This document shows, piece after piece, positions 39,943 to 49,803 of a stretch of DNA of 61,833 nt. How positions within the stretch are numbered: the stretch's first letter is position 1; each line of letters begins with the position of its first letter. The notes under the pieces are model-generated. The model was not told where the DNA came from and did not search any database. It was given only the letters and a program-made list of their open reading frames with translations. A program made the translations under genes and the position numbers. Source of the DNA: a virus (Duplodnaviria; Caudoviricetes); IMG/VR virus record IMGVR_UViG_3300032086_000660, positions 1 to 61,833 of that record; one strand, given 5' to 3'.

Positions 39943-40760
39943 TAGCTAAATGTTCCTCCGTTGTTAGTTGTTGTGTATATACCGCTACTGTCTGTAACAT
40001 CGGTATCAAGCTCCCACTCTGTAATGAGGTTTGAAGTTACACCCACATCAGAAGCGTTTAACGGTCTTCCAGAGTTGTAAATAGATGTAACATCTGAAGA
40101 GCTTAATACAGAGCTGTACAGCTTTATTTCGTTTATAGCTCCACCAAGAACACCAGCAGAAGGACTGGCGTTACCAACATTCTCTCCGATTCCTAAAAAT
40201 TCTGGGTTAAAGTTGGTTCTACTTGCTTCTGCTATATTGTAACCTCCAGAAACATTTAACTCTGTTGCATTCCAGTATGCTTTAATTCCATTGCTTCCAG
40301 AAGAAGCATCGTAGGTAAATGTGATATTGACAAAGCCATCATCATTTACATTACCTCTTTGACTTGCTATCCATCCATTTGTAGGGCTGGTGATTCCAGT
40401 AATAGTATCGTTACTGTCATCGTGAAGAGCATAGTATCTTTCGTGGTTTGAACCACCAAATCTTTGTCGAAAGTATATTCTGTTGCTATTAGCCGTATAA
40501 AATATAGTCCAGTTGTTGTTGGTATTCGACTCAGAAGCCGATAAACAGAATATCTGCTGATTCTTTTTTGAGGTAGAATCAATTCTAATCCAGAACGAAA
40601 TACTTAGGTCTTGTGTAGCAACATCTGTCCATATAAAAGGTGTTGAGTCTGTACCGTTTATATAGTCATTGACGCCATCGCCCACCCACCAGTTTTGGTC
40701 AACGGGATACACAGCGTCTACATACGCTTGTTTAGCTATTGATAAACCTAATCCTTGCAT
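39942..40760 (-). CDS. LamG/concanavalin-A-like lectin protein (paralogue of 29067..29975)
   Basis: Shares DG.NDYI, TQDLS..FW.RI, RGNVN.D.F and YDAS...YWN motifs. Confidence 0.75.
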   Translation of the reverse strand: MQGLGLSIAKQAYVDAVYPVDQNWWVGDGVNDYINGTDSTPFIWTDVATQDLSISFWIRIDSTSKKNQQIFCLSASESNTNNNWTIFYTANSNRIYFRQRFGGSNHERYYALHDDSNDTITGITSPTNGWIASQRGNVNDDGFVNITFTYDASSGSNGIKAYWNATELNVSGGYNIAEASRTNFNPEFLGIGENVGNASPSAGVLGGAINEIKLYSSVLSSSDVTSIYNSGRPLNASDVGVTSNLITEWELDTDVTDSSGIYTTTNNGGTFS

Positions 40761-41035
40761 TATCTGTCTTGTGCTTCTCTGTATGCTAAAATTTTACCAG
40801 AGCTTACTGTGATGCTGCTAAACTTACCGTAGATAGTCAATCCTTTAGGAATTGTTACTGACGATAAGTTGTCTCCACCAACAGCAGATGTTACACTAAT
40901 GCTTGCATCTTCAAGAGCACTGATAGCCATATACGAGTGAGCATTGATTGTCCCAGTCGTAACATAATCGAAACCAGACTGACCAAAGGCTTGAAGGTTT
41001 GCATTATAGTTGTGAACTAATTTGTTTGCTGCCAT
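40760..41035 (-). CDS. Small structural protein
   Basis: Beta-rich; ends IPKGLTIYGKFSSITVSSGKILAY; TACCTTTG box at 41050-41057. Confidence 0.6.
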   Translation of the reverse strand: MAANKLVHNYNANLQAFGQSGFDYVTTGTINAHSYMAISALEDASISVTSAVGGDNLSSVTIPKGLTIYGKFSSITVSSGKILAYREAQDR

Positions 41036-41072
41036 TTTGTTATTTTTTACAAAGGTACTAATTTACTGGTTA

Positions 41073-43511
41073 TCAAGACTTTAGCAAGTCCATCAACCCG
41101 TCTTCTTCTTCTTTCAATTCTTCTCTCTTGCCTTGTCGCTGAGATATTAGTTTTGACTGCTCAACGGCTTGCTTTTTTACACGCTCGTCTTTAGCCTTCT
41201 CTTTATCTCCTTCGAGCTTCTGTCTGAACTGCATATCAGACAGCTTTTCCGCTTGAGTGCTTTGCAGTTTCATTTGCTCCATCTGTCCTTTCAGCTGATA
41301 CTCCATTTGAAGCAACTGAGCGTTAGCTTGAGCTTGTGCTTGAATCTCTGCAATCTTAGCTTGTGCTTGCGCTTGAATCTCTTGCATCTTTCCTTGCGAT
41401 GTTGCCATTGCGGTCTGCTGATTAGCTTGCGCTTGCATCTGAGAGTTTTGCTGAGCAATCTGTTGCATCATCTTCATACGCTTCTTGCGTCTTACGATAA
41501 GCAGTCTCTCAGCTTGGTCGATATCTCGTAGCTGACGAATTGCGATTGCGTCTTCGAGGTCTATTTCTTTTTGACCCAGAGCTACTTGAATGTTTTGCTC
41601 CAAGTAAGCCTTCTCTGTTTCATCCATCTCAGTCTGAACCTTGACACCGAAGTTGTACATCGGAAGGTTAGAGAATGATTGTAGGATAGCCATAGTCTTT
41701 TCTCCGATAGCCTTTTCGTACACTTGGAACAGAACTGACTTAGGAGGAATAATCTGTAGACACTTTACGATGTCTTCGCAAATCTTACTGTACAAGTAGA
41801 TTGATGCGTTTGTGATATCGTAGATAGCGTTGTTACCAGCAGCCATAGCTTGCTGACGAACACCAACCAACTGCTCTCCTTTTGGAGAAGTGCCGTCCAT
41901 CACCTCGTTTATACCAGTGGTATCACGAATGAGGCGAAGATTATGGTTATAAATAGCGATAAGCTCGTTAATGTTACGAATGCTATTGTCCAAAGAACGG
42001 ACGGGTGGATTTTGAAAACCACCTTCTGGGTTCTTGCTTCTATAGTAGAATACACCAGTTTGCTCATAGATGTCTTGTATATCAAGGGGCTGTAGTTCAC
42101 CGCCCTTACCAAGCTGAACGTTTTCAAGACCCTCGATGTCTACAATGAGACCGTCTGGTTTTGCCTTAGCGATAGCTTGCTGTAGTTTCAAATGAGATAG
42201 CTGCAACTGGTCTGCGAAACCGATTACCGAGCCTACAAGAGACTTAGGCATCATTCTACGCAAGTTTGTTGCGACTACTGAGTACGACAGTTTAGCTTTC
42301 GTTAGGTCGTGTACGTTTTTAGGTACGTTTGCTTTTTGACCATATCCGAACATATAGTCACATCCAACAACGTAGCTACCACCGTACACAGTGGCTATAG
42401 ACATATTCACTGGTTTTCTATCGTACACAGATTCCTTTGGCGGGGTGTACTCAAGTCCTTTGTAGTAGAAGCCCACGTTACCGTGCTTAGATTGCTTCTC
42501 CTCAAAGTGAATGTCGTCAACAGAGATGAACTCAAAGTCCATAACTTCAACAATGAACTCATCGTATCCGTAGGTTGTACGGTCAAGAGTCTCATCGTAG
42601 TATTTGTAGCTTAGTTTATCTGCTCTGTTTTGGTATTTGTTTTTAACCTTCTGAGCTATCTTTTGGAATTGCTCTTCTGTAAACTCTGAACCAGCGAGAC
42701 GTTTAAGCTCCGAGATGCTAATCTTTTTAACGTGCCCAGCATAGATGAGGTCTGAGAACGTTGGGTCTTCTGTGTAGCTGTGGAAGAAGAACGCTGGGTC
42801 AATATACTCTTCAGTAATTCCATAGTTGGGGTCGTTGTTTCTCTTAACAACCGCCATACCACAAGTAACCAAATCGTTTACAGCTCTACGGTACACACGC
42901 TGGTCAAAGTCGTTCCACTCAAGAGTTAGGGATGTACCTAACTGAGCTGCAACCTCAGCATCTGTTTTTACGGTAGAGTCAATAAATATTTCTGCTTCTT
43001 CTTTTGTCTCTGGCACAGACTCTAAATCGTCTTCGATAGGAACACCAGCTGCTTTTGCTTGAGCAAGTAGCTCTCGGTTCTCTACGTTGAACATCATCTT
43101 AGCCTTCTTCTCGTCTTTCTCTGTGCGAGACAGCGGGTCAATAGCCACTACATTAGGGTAAGGCTTTCTCGATAGAATGTTGTTTACAACAATCTTTACG
43201 AACTTAGGAACGATTGGAACTGGAGACCAGTCCAAGTTAAGTAGCGTTCCATCGCCAGAGTTAGGGTCAAGTGAGTTAAGGATTTGTTTGTAGATAGAAG
43301 TATCTTGAGTACCGTTGGCGTAATCACGGTTAGTCTCAAAGTCTTTCATTCTTCTACGGAAAAGACTTCTCTCATCATCAGCGTTACCCCACTGTTTTTC
43401 AATGGCTTTAGCATACTTCAGACCATACGCCTTGCTGGTCTTTTGTTTATGAGGTGAGAATGGGTCTGGGAAATTACCGTACTTCCCTTTGTCGTTGTCG
43501 TTACTGTACAT
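41073..43511 (-). CDS. Portal protein
   Basis: 812 aa directly downstream of the terminase; PIVPKFV, TGINEVMDG and a Q-rich C-terminal coil as in crAss-like portals; TATATTTG box at 43538-43545. Confidence 0.8.
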   Translation of the reverse strand: MYSNDNDKGKYGNFPDPFSPHKQKTSKAYGLKYAKAIEKQWGNADDERSLFRRRMKDFETNRDYANGTQDTSIYKQILNSLDPNSGDGTLLNLDWSPVPIVPKFVKIVVNNILSRKPYPNVVAIDPLSRTEKDEKKAKMMFNVENRELLAQAKAAGVPIEDDLESVPETKEEAEIFIDSTVKTDAEVAAQLGTSLTLEWNDFDQRVYRRAVNDLVTCGMAVVKRNNDPNYGITEEYIDPAFFFHSYTEDPTFSDLIYAGHVKKISISELKRLAGSEFTEEQFQKIAQKVKNKYQNRADKLSYKYYDETLDRTTYGYDEFIVEVMDFEFISVDDIHFEEKQSKHGNVGFYYKGLEYTPPKESVYDRKPVNMSIATVYGGSYVVGCDYMFGYGQKANVPKNVHDLTKAKLSYSVVATNLRRMMPKSLVGSVIGFADQLQLSHLKLQQAIAKAKPDGLIVDIEGLENVQLGKGGELQPLDIQDIYEQTGVFYYRSKNPEGGFQNPPVRSLDNSIRNINELIAIYNHNLRLIRDTTGINEVMDGTSPKGEQLVGVRQQAMAAGNNAIYDITNASIYLYSKICEDIVKCLQIIPPKSVLFQVYEKAIGEKTMAILQSFSNLPMYNFGVKVQTEMDETEKAYLEQNIQVALGQKEIDLEDAIAIRQLRDIDQAERLLIVRRKKRMKMMQQIAQQNSQMQAQANQQTAMATSQGKMQEIQAQAQAKIAEIQAQAQANAQLLQMEYQLKGQMEQMKLQSTQAEKLSDMQFRQKLEGDKEKAKDERVKKQAVEQSKLISQRQGKREELKEEEDGLMDLLKS

Positions 43512-43565
43512 ATAGCCTTTCGCAAAATACTTCCTTGCAAATATACGAAATTAAAGCACTGCCTA

Positions 43566-45695
43566 TCAGCGCCTTATCTCTTTGGTGTATCTTCTGAAAA
43601 ACTTCTTGTCGTTAAAGTTAGATTCCTTCTTCTCCACCCTTACTTTTTGAGCAGCAAGCAGTGCTAAACCAGAGCTAATGGTAAGGTCAAACTTAGTTCG
43701 GTTGTCTATTTTGTAGCCTATCCAGTCTTCAAGGGTTCTATCAAAGTACATCTTACCCATATCACCGTTTTGACTGTTTATTCCAACGTGTTCTTCCACA
43801 TAAGCTTCGATTGCGTGTGCGTGAGCTTGGATAACATCTTGCGAGTTGGACGGAATACCACGAGTTTTTACGTTTGAAGACGCATTTGGTGGTTTCAAGT
43901 GCTCTGGACGCTTCATAACGTACTCTTCGTACCCTCTTGCCTCAAAATGACGCACAATTCCGTACTTGTTGTTCTCTATAAGCAGTGGATACCCGTAGAA
44001 TACAGCTGCCATAAGCACATCTTCGTAGAATATCTTAGCCAGAGGGGGTCGTGAGGCGTATTCAGCCACAAACATATTGGCTGGAGCGGCTAAACTAAAC
44101 TTATTGTATAGGTGACAAGCTCCTTTAGAGCCTCTGTTGTCTGAGGTAGAGTCCAAATCGTAGCTATCGACACCTCCAACGCCTATATGGTCGTTCGCTG
44201 GGTGCTTTTTTCCGTACTTAATTGCGTACTTGTTTCTATCCTCTGGCTTCGGCATCCAAGCTATACGCCATCTACCCTCTTTGTTTGGACTGAATACAAC
44301 TTCCTTGTCGCTTACTCCGTCTTTCCAGCTGAAGTTGCCACGAACCACTGGGTTTGGAAACAGCTCTTGGTTGTATTCTATTTGTTCGTATATCTTTCCA
44401 ATATTAAATGTAGACCCCTCGATACTGTCTCGCATCGCTTCCTCAACTGTAAACGGGAACTGTCGTACATACTCGTTGAGTTCTCTTGCATCGTGCTTGA
44501 GTGCGTCTCTTTCGTTTTTGAGGTACGTCTTTGCACCAATGTCGACAAAATCGCCATCAATCGTTTTAACTGGTTTTTCTGGGTCTTCCACAATTGGATT
44601 ACCGTACTCGTCAAAGAAACCTTCGAGAGCTTCGTAGGCTGGTATAAATAATCTATAAAGTCCAGTCTTTGTCCTTCCGTTTGCGTTTCTGTCGTCTGGG
44701 TCTGAGTCTCGCCAGAGTTCTTTGTATTGCTTTCCACCTTTGTCCATTGGATTTACTGTAGAACCCATAAGACACTTACCAATAATCTTACGACCTACAA
44801 TTAAACAAGTTCTTTCTATTCGCCACGCCTCACGGATGTCGGTAGGCTTCTCCCACTTACCGCTCTCATCCATATACATCATATGAAGCTTCTCACCATC
44901 GTATGCGTTGTTCGTGGTGTTCTTCCAGTTGATAATGCTGTTGAGGGCTTCTCCTTTTGATGAGGTCTTATTATTCTTTGTGATACGCTTAGATGGCTCA
45001 CGGAATGCTAATTCCATACGGGGGTTTGTAGTACCATCTTGAATAGGCTTAAAGAAGAATGGGTAGCTTTTAAACATAGGAACTACCTTCTTCATAAAGA
45101 TGTTCTCTTGCGCATCCTTACCAGTCTTAGACTGAATACCCAGTAGCTTGTCTTTTACTTGCGTGCCTTCGTCCACCAGAATAGCAGCAGACATATTGGT
45201 GTATCCAGAACGTCTACACTTGGTGTACATCTGACCCATAGAGCGAGGGTCTGCCTCACAAGCTGCGAAGTGTAAGAACAGTCTTCTCTGGAACTCTAAG
45301 TAGTAGCCGTAGCCGATATCCAGCTTCGACCACTGTAGCATCATATAGTGTCTCCCCGTAATGTAGACACGCTCACCGTTATTCCAGAACCAAACACCTT
45401 CACGCCTACGCTGAAACTCCTTTTCGATATATGGAGAAAAGCGTTTTTTAAATTCGGAAGGCATCTCGTACCACTCATCCATAGAGCGAATCCTTTGCAG
45501 TTCTTCTGGCACAGAAAGTCGTCTCCACATTTGCAGATGAACATCCCTTCCATAGTTGAGGATGTCTTCGTCTCTTGGAGCTTTGGGAAGCTGAATATCA
45601 ATCCCACCGACTTCGATGACTTCACCCTCCGTATCGTTGGGACATATGTTGACAACGTAGTTATCATACCCTTCAACTTGTTTAAGACCAGCCAT
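43566..45695 (-). CDS. terL: Terminase large subunit
   Basis: YITGRHY, Walker A-like KCRRSGYT, Walker B YMDESGK, and nuclease motifs GGVDSYD, IENN and FDLTI. Confidence 0.9.
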   Translation of the reverse strand: MAGLKQVEGYDNYVVNICPNDTEGEVIEVGGIDIQLPKAPRDEDILNYGRDVHLQMWRRLSVPEELQRIRSMDEWYEMPSEFKKRFSPYIEKEFQRRREGVWFWNNGERVYITGRHYMMLQWSKLDIGYGYYLEFQRRLFLHFAACEADPRSMGQMYTKCRRSGYTNMSAAILVDEGTQVKDKLLGIQSKTGKDAQENIFMKKVVPMFKSYPFFFKPIQDGTTNPRMELAFREPSKRITKNNKTSSKGEALNSIINWKNTTNNAYDGEKLHMMYMDESGKWEKPTDIREAWRIERTCLIVGRKIIGKCLMGSTVNPMDKGGKQYKELWRDSDPDDRNANGRTKTGLYRLFIPAYEALEGFFDEYGNPIVEDPEKPVKTIDGDFVDIGAKTYLKNERDALKHDARELNEYVRQFPFTVEEAMRDSIEGSTFNIGKIYEQIEYNQELFPNPVVRGNFSWKDGVSDKEVVFSPNKEGRWRIAWMPKPEDRNKYAIKYGKKHPANDHIGVGGVDSYDLDSTSDNRGSKGACHLYNKFSLAAPANMFVAEYASRPPLAKIFYEDVLMAAVFYGYPLLIENNKYGIVRHFEARGYEEYVMKRPEHLKPPNASSNVKTRGIPSNSQDVIQAHAHAIEAYVEEHVGINSQNGDMGKMYFDRTLEDWIGYKIDNRTKFDLTISSGLALLAAQKVRVEKKESNFNDKKFFRRYTKEIRR

Positions 45696-45740
45696 TTCAT
45701 CGAATTTTACTATATTTACATTAAATTAACATTCCAGCTT

Positions 45741-45878
45741 ATGAAACGTATATTGCTTTTCGCTGGGTTTCTATTACTAACCGCTTGTGTTAGTAGCGAA
45801 AGTATAGCAGTTCAGTCATCTTGCCCCCATCACGGTTGTGACCTCACCGCTATACACTCCCACGCTTACTGGTACTAA
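45741..45878 (+). CDS. 45-aa lipoprotein on the opposite strand
   Basis: MKRILLFAGFLLLTAC signal peptide and lipobox; His/Cys-rich mature part; AT-rich leader. Confidence 0.6.
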   Translation: MKRILLFAGFLLLTACVSSESIAVQSSCPHHGCDLTAIHSHAYWY

Positions 45879-45902
45879 TAATCCCAGTAGATGAAGACTT
45901 GA

Positions 45903-46196
45903 CTACTTTGAGAATCGCTCTGCGAATCCCCCAGAGTAGTCTTTGTCTTCTTCAATCCCTCCAGTTTCCTTGAGTTCTTTGACCATTTGTTCCAGTCTTT
46001 GGTACTCGATAAGCAGTTCTTTTGCATCTGTTGCCGTTTGTTTGATACTTTGAAGCTCTGCCTTTCTCTGCGAACCAGACAGCTCTGAGTCTACTGGCTT
46101 GCGGATTTCATCAATCATATTATTGATTGCCACCTCCATAGAAGACAACAATCTTGTCGATGCTTCAATCGTTGTAAATTTACTCTTTCTTGGCAT
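45903..46196 (-). CDS. Terminase small subunit candidate
   Basis: Helical, upstream of terL, ends GFAERFSK. Confidence 0.5.
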   Translation of the reverse strand: MPRKSKFTTIEASTRLLSSMEVAINNMIDEIRKPVDSELSGSQRKAELQSIKQTATDAKELLIEYQRLEQMVKELKETGGIEEDKDYSGGFAERFSK

Positions 46197-46749
46197 ACAC
46201 TAATTCTGTTATGCGCATACGATAAACCTTCGTACCGTCTTGAAGCTCCATTTCATATTCAGAGTTCGGTCTGTAACCCACCACATCACCAGACTCCGCT
46301 CCAATCCATTCTGCATCTCGGGGTAGACTGAGTAGCTCTCCTTCCAGTTTAGGTTCTTCTTTGATGCTAAGAATAATGCCAGAATCACTTGTTTCCTCTT
46401 CTGGCTCATCTGGGGGTAGTACGAAACACCAATCCCCAAGCATATCAATATTGCCAGTTTTATCTTGGACAGCAATAGCGTGGTTTCCATATCCTCCATC
46501 TGGGTCGTAGTTTACTAAGTATAGGTCATCTCCAATGTCATACATCTGCTCCATCACAACGTGGTGGTGGAAGTACAGAGTATCTCCAACGCAGTCAAAT
46601 CCTTTTGGTGCGCCTATGATTTCTGCCGAGTTGTGACGGTGCTCAAACTCGTTAAACTTGCTAACCAGCTTTAGCTTTCCTCCGTTGAAGGATACTTCGT
46701 CTTTAAACTTGTTTGGTATTCTTACGATGAAATGATGTAACGGTCTCAT
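46180..46749 (-). CDS. GroES-like co-chaperonin (tandem domains)
   Basis: EETSDSGIIL...GDVVGY...YRM motifs. Start moved to MRPLHH. Confidence 0.65.
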   Translation of the reverse strand: MRPLHHFIVRIPNKFKDEVSFNGGKLKLVSKFNEFEHRHNSAEIIGAPKGFDCVGDTLYFHHHVVMEQMYDIGDDLYLVNYDPDGGYGNHAIAVQDKTGNIDMLGDWCFVLPPDEPEEETSDSGIILSIKEEPKLEGELLSLPRDAEWIGAESGDVVGYRPNSEYEMELQDGTKVYRMRITELVYAKKE

Positions 46750-46750
46750 A

Positions 46751-46981
46751 CTATTCAAATTTAAGGTCGTACTCCAGAATACAAGGCATATCGTCAATAG
46801 CCTTCCATAACATCGTTCCTTGCTCATTCTCAATGTAAATGAGATACCGTTTTTTACTGTACTTGTGTAAATGCGCCTCGTCTTCAACAATAGCGACTAC
46901 TTTTCCAGCTCCAGCTCGCATACCCACATAGTATGCCATAGCGTCTTTCGGGTCACGCCCGATAACAATTTTTCTAATCAT
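46751..46981 (-). CDS. hypothetical protein
   Basis: MIRKIVIG.DPKDAMAYYVG...LWK...MP...EYDL. Confidence 0.65.
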   Translation of the reverse strand: MIRKIVIGRDPKDAMAYYVGMRAGAGKVVAIVEDEAHLHKYSKKRYLIYIENEQGTMLWKAIDDMPCILEYDLKFE

Positions 46982-47011
46982 TTTAATTAAAGTATGTAAA
47001 GGGTTTGGCGT

Positions 47012-47347
47012 TTAGTTTACGCTGCCGTCCCCTCTTGATAAGTTTATCCAGTAATCTATATTGGACGTGTCCTTCTCCTCTTCTTCCTTCTCCATACGGT
47101 ATGCTTCCACACAGTACGAGAGTAGGTCGTCTAACTCTTCCTCATCGTGCACAGCAAACGAAGAGAGCAAGCTCATATTAGCTCTTTCTGCTCCGTCCTC
47201 ATCTGTAAACTGGCTTTCCATATCGAGAAACCCTACGGCTAATACAGCAAGGAACTCGTTTTCAAGCTCGTACTTCTTTACTACATTGTTTATAGCGATG
47301 ATGAGGTCTTGAATTTCAAGCACACATTCCTTTTGTCTTTCAGTCAT
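47012..47347 (-). CDS. Acidic hypothetical protein
   Basis: In-operon ORF. Confidence 0.6.
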   Translation of the reverse strand: MTERQKECVLEIQDLIIAINNVVKKYELENEFLAVLAVGFLDMESQFTDEDGAERANMSLLSSFAVHDEEELDDLLSYCVEAYRMEKEEEEKDTSNIDYWINLSRGDGSVN

Positions 47348-47353
47348 ATTTAA

Positions 47354-48241
47354 TTAGTCTAATTTGGTAACAGCAAACGTGCTCGAAGTAAGCAACGATG
47401 CTCCACCAGAAGAGTTTCTTGAGATTTCGTAGTAGATATCTGTGTCATCAGCAGCGTGACGGAACAGACTAAATCCGATAGCCATATTACCAGCAGCAGC
47501 TTTGCTTCTTACAATACTCTGAATAGTAGCAGCTGAACCACCAGAAGGTTTTTCCTTTACATCAATAGTAACATCAGTGTTTGCTGTTGTTACCTCAAGC
47601 ATAAAGTTGATGTCAATGCGAATCAAACCGTTACGCTCGATAGTCATAGCTCCAGTTGTAGTAGATGAAGTTTGTAGGTGCACATTGCTGTCATCGTTTA
47701 CAAGGTGAGAGGATGTGTTACTGTTGTTGTTTACCGCAGCTTGCGTTGGTGTAGCAGCTGTAGTAGTAAGAGAGTAGGACGCACTCGGTCTCAAGATAAA
47801 CATTGGGTTACCGAATACAGATGCTGTAGAAGCAATCGTAACTGTATCTGTAGATGCGTTTGTAGTAAGAGTAATGTTACTACCAGCTGCAAGCGTCAAT
47901 GTATCTGTAGCAGAGTCGGCAACGACATTGCCTTGACCAGAAACAGCTATAGTCTTAAACGCTGCTGTTGCAGCTGTGTCAAACGCTGTTGAATCTAACT
48001 CACGAGTAACTACATTGTTAGTACCGTCTACAAGTAGAGCGGTAAGCTCAGATGCTGACGAAGTAGGTGCAGAGCCGAAGCTAAGTGCAGCTACCTCAAC
48101 CTCAGTTGTAGATAGTTTCAGTGCAGAGTCAACACCCGCACCGTCTTCTACGGTTTTCAATGTTGAGGTTACACCATTAGATTCTAATTTGAGTAGGGAC
48201 GTGTAGGTGTCCTTGACCTTATTTCCAGAAAGAGTTGCCAT
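47354..48241 (-). CDS. Structural/decoration fibre-like protein
   Basis: MATLSGNKVKDTYTSLLK start; AFKTIAVSGQ..VVADSATDTLTL motif; Ser/Thr/Ala-rich. Confidence 0.6.
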   Translation of the reverse strand: MATLSGNKVKDTYTSLLKLESNGVTSTLKTVEDGAGVDSALKLSTTEVEVAALSFGSAPTSSASELTALLVDGTNNVVTRELDSTAFDTAATAAFKTIAVSGQGNVVADSATDTLTLAAGSNITLTTNASTDTVTIASTASVFGNPMFILRPSASYSLTTTAATPTQAAVNNNSNTSSHLVNDDSNVHLQTSSTTTGAMTIERNGLIRIDINFMLEVTTANTDVTIDVKEKPSGGSAATIQSIVRSKAAAGNMAIGFSLFRHAADDTDIYYEISRNSSGGASLLTSSTFAVTKLD

Positions 48242-48246
48242 TTGCT

Positions 48247-48271
48247 TAACTTTGTATACAATGCAAATTTA
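48247..48271. promoter_or_regulatory. Overlapping oppositely oriented TAnnTTTG promoter boxes
   Basis: TAACTTTG (+, 48247-48254) and TAAATTTG (-, 48264-48271) within a 36-nt intergenic gap. Confidence 0.6.
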
Positions 48272-48277
48272 ATAAAA

Positions 48278-48712
48278 ATGGCGAAGCGTTCACGAAAGAG
48301 TATGTTCCGTGACTTCAAGATGAGGGATGCCAACAAACTTGGTAGCTCCTACGGAAAGTATCACAGACTGGTTATCAGAGATTTAATAGAGAGTGCAGAA
48401 CTAAAAGAGCGTGAAATAAATTTTTTGATATTTATCTACGACTACGAGTTCTTCACCTTAGACCATATGTCTGAAGCATACTTCTACAACAAGCTGAAGC
48501 TTGCGCAGAGGTTGGTATACCCGCTTGTAAACAAGGGATACCTATACAAGTATTTTGATAAGCTGTCACCCAGCACTTACGAGGAAGCTATATTTCACGA
48601 AAGCAAGATGGGATACAGAGTTAGATACGCCTTATCCCAGAAGGGTAGGCTTTTGGTGCAACGATACTATAGGAAGCTCGAAGGCAACGAACAGATTAGT
48701 GTGCCGTCTTAA
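48278..48712 (+). CDS. Winged-helix (MarR-like) DNA-binding protein
   Basis: L..REINFL...LVNKGYL...YALSQKGRLLV pattern. Start moved to MAKRSR. Confidence 0.6.
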   Translation: MAKRSRKSMFRDFKMRDANKLGSSYGKYHRLVIRDLIESAELKEREINFLIFIYDYEFFTLDHMSEAYFYNKLKLAQRLVYPLVNKGYLYKYFDKLSPSTYEEAIFHESKMGYRVRYALSQKGRLLVQRYYRKLEGNEQISVPS

Positions 48713-48854
48713 CCTTGAACTCTGCTTTCAGAGATGCGTTTTCGTGTGGGACGAACTTGCCCTTGTGAGGCATTAGGTAGTAACGCCCCCTCTCGAGCAT
48801 CCAGTGATACCCAGAGGGAGCTTTTACTTTTACTTTCTTGCGAGAAGCTTTCAT
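48696..48854 (-). CDS. 52-aa basic protein (MKASRKKVKVKAPSGYHWM..)
   Basis: Translated by hand; TAATG coupling with the upstream gene. Confidence 0.6.
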   Translation of the reverse strand: MKASRKKVKVKAPSGYHWMLERGRYYLMPHKGKFVPHENASLKAEFKVKTAH

Positions 48855-49564
48855 TACTTCTTCTTAGCTTTTGCTTTTGCCATTAGGATGAAGTCAGCTT
48901 TGCTAATCTTGCCATCCTTGTTGAAGTCAAGAGCTTTTTTCTTTCCAAGCATACCACCCTTCTTGTAGGTCTTGATTTTATCAATACCCATCTCTTTTCT
49001 TTTTTCAGCGTAGTATTTGTCAGAGATAGCCTTACGAAGCTTGCTGTCGTTACCAGCACTACCAGCAGTTGCATCAACTTTGTCCATATCAGCGCTGTTA
49101 GGGTAGTTTAACTCGCCAGTTCTTGGGTTTCTACCAACTGTTGACTCGTAGCGTCTGTCGATTTCAGCCTCGTCAGCCTTCTTCATTTTTTTAGTAGGGT
49201 CGATTTTACCACCCTTGTTATACATTTTCTTTTTCGCTTTCATAATTCCTCCGTTTGAGTATTCTTTTTTATCGTGTTTCTTTAAGTGTACATATACTGT
49301 TTGACCAGCTTCGTTCTTGGTTCTGTATACCTTTTGGTCATTGTAGTTTACCTCTGAAGCTCCCTTAGAAGCTGATATGCTTGAAGCTCTGTTGGCTTTT
49401 CTCTGTGCAACAGACGGGTCAATAGAAGCTCCTACGAATACTGTATCGCTCTGCGGATTGAAATCCGTAAATGCTGCCGCTGCCGACTGGTAGTCTGCAA
49501 AGGTTTCAGTCTTTCCGTAGTTAGGTCTTTTTATTTTACCCTTTCCTTTCTTCTTAGGTGTCAT
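48854..49564 (-). CDS. Lys-rich protein with three YxxGG motifs and a C-terminal EF-hand-like loop
   Basis: YSNGG, YNKGG and YKKGG; DFNKDGKISKADF. Confidence 0.65.
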   Translation of the reverse strand: MTPKKKGKGKIKRPNYGKTETFADYQSAAAAFTDFNPQSDTVFVGASIDPSVAQRKANRASSISASKGASEVNYNDQKVYRTKNEAGQTVYVHLKKHDKKEYSNGGIMKAKKKMYNKGGKIDPTKKMKKADEAEIDRRYESTVGRNPRTGELNYPNSADMDKVDATAGSAGNDSKLRKAISDKYYAEKRKEMGIDKIKTYKKGGMLGKKKALDFNKDGKISKADFILMAKAKAKKK

Positions 49565-49803
49565 TTCTTACTTCTGTTTCGTTTAGCTGTAATGAATCTT
49601 CTTTCATCGTGGTCGTAGTCCATACCGTCACCGTTACCGTAGCGACCAGCCTTTCTACGCATCTTTACCAAGAATGCACGATACCGTCTACGAGCTTTAG
49701 ATGAATGGTACTTTGTATCGTACTTCTTCTTCTTATCACGAGCCTTCTTGTTCTTGCGGTAGTATTCCGCTGAGGACTGCTTCTTTTTCTTCTTGGCTTT
49801 CAT
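49561..49803 (-). CDS. Highly basic protein with degenerate HNH-like tail
   Basis: GDGMDYDH...KRNR. Confidence 0.55.
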   Translation of the reverse strand: MKAKKKKKQSSAEYYRKNKKARDKKKKYDTKYHSSKARRRYRAFLVKMRRKAGRYGNGDGMDYDHDERRFITAKRNRSKK

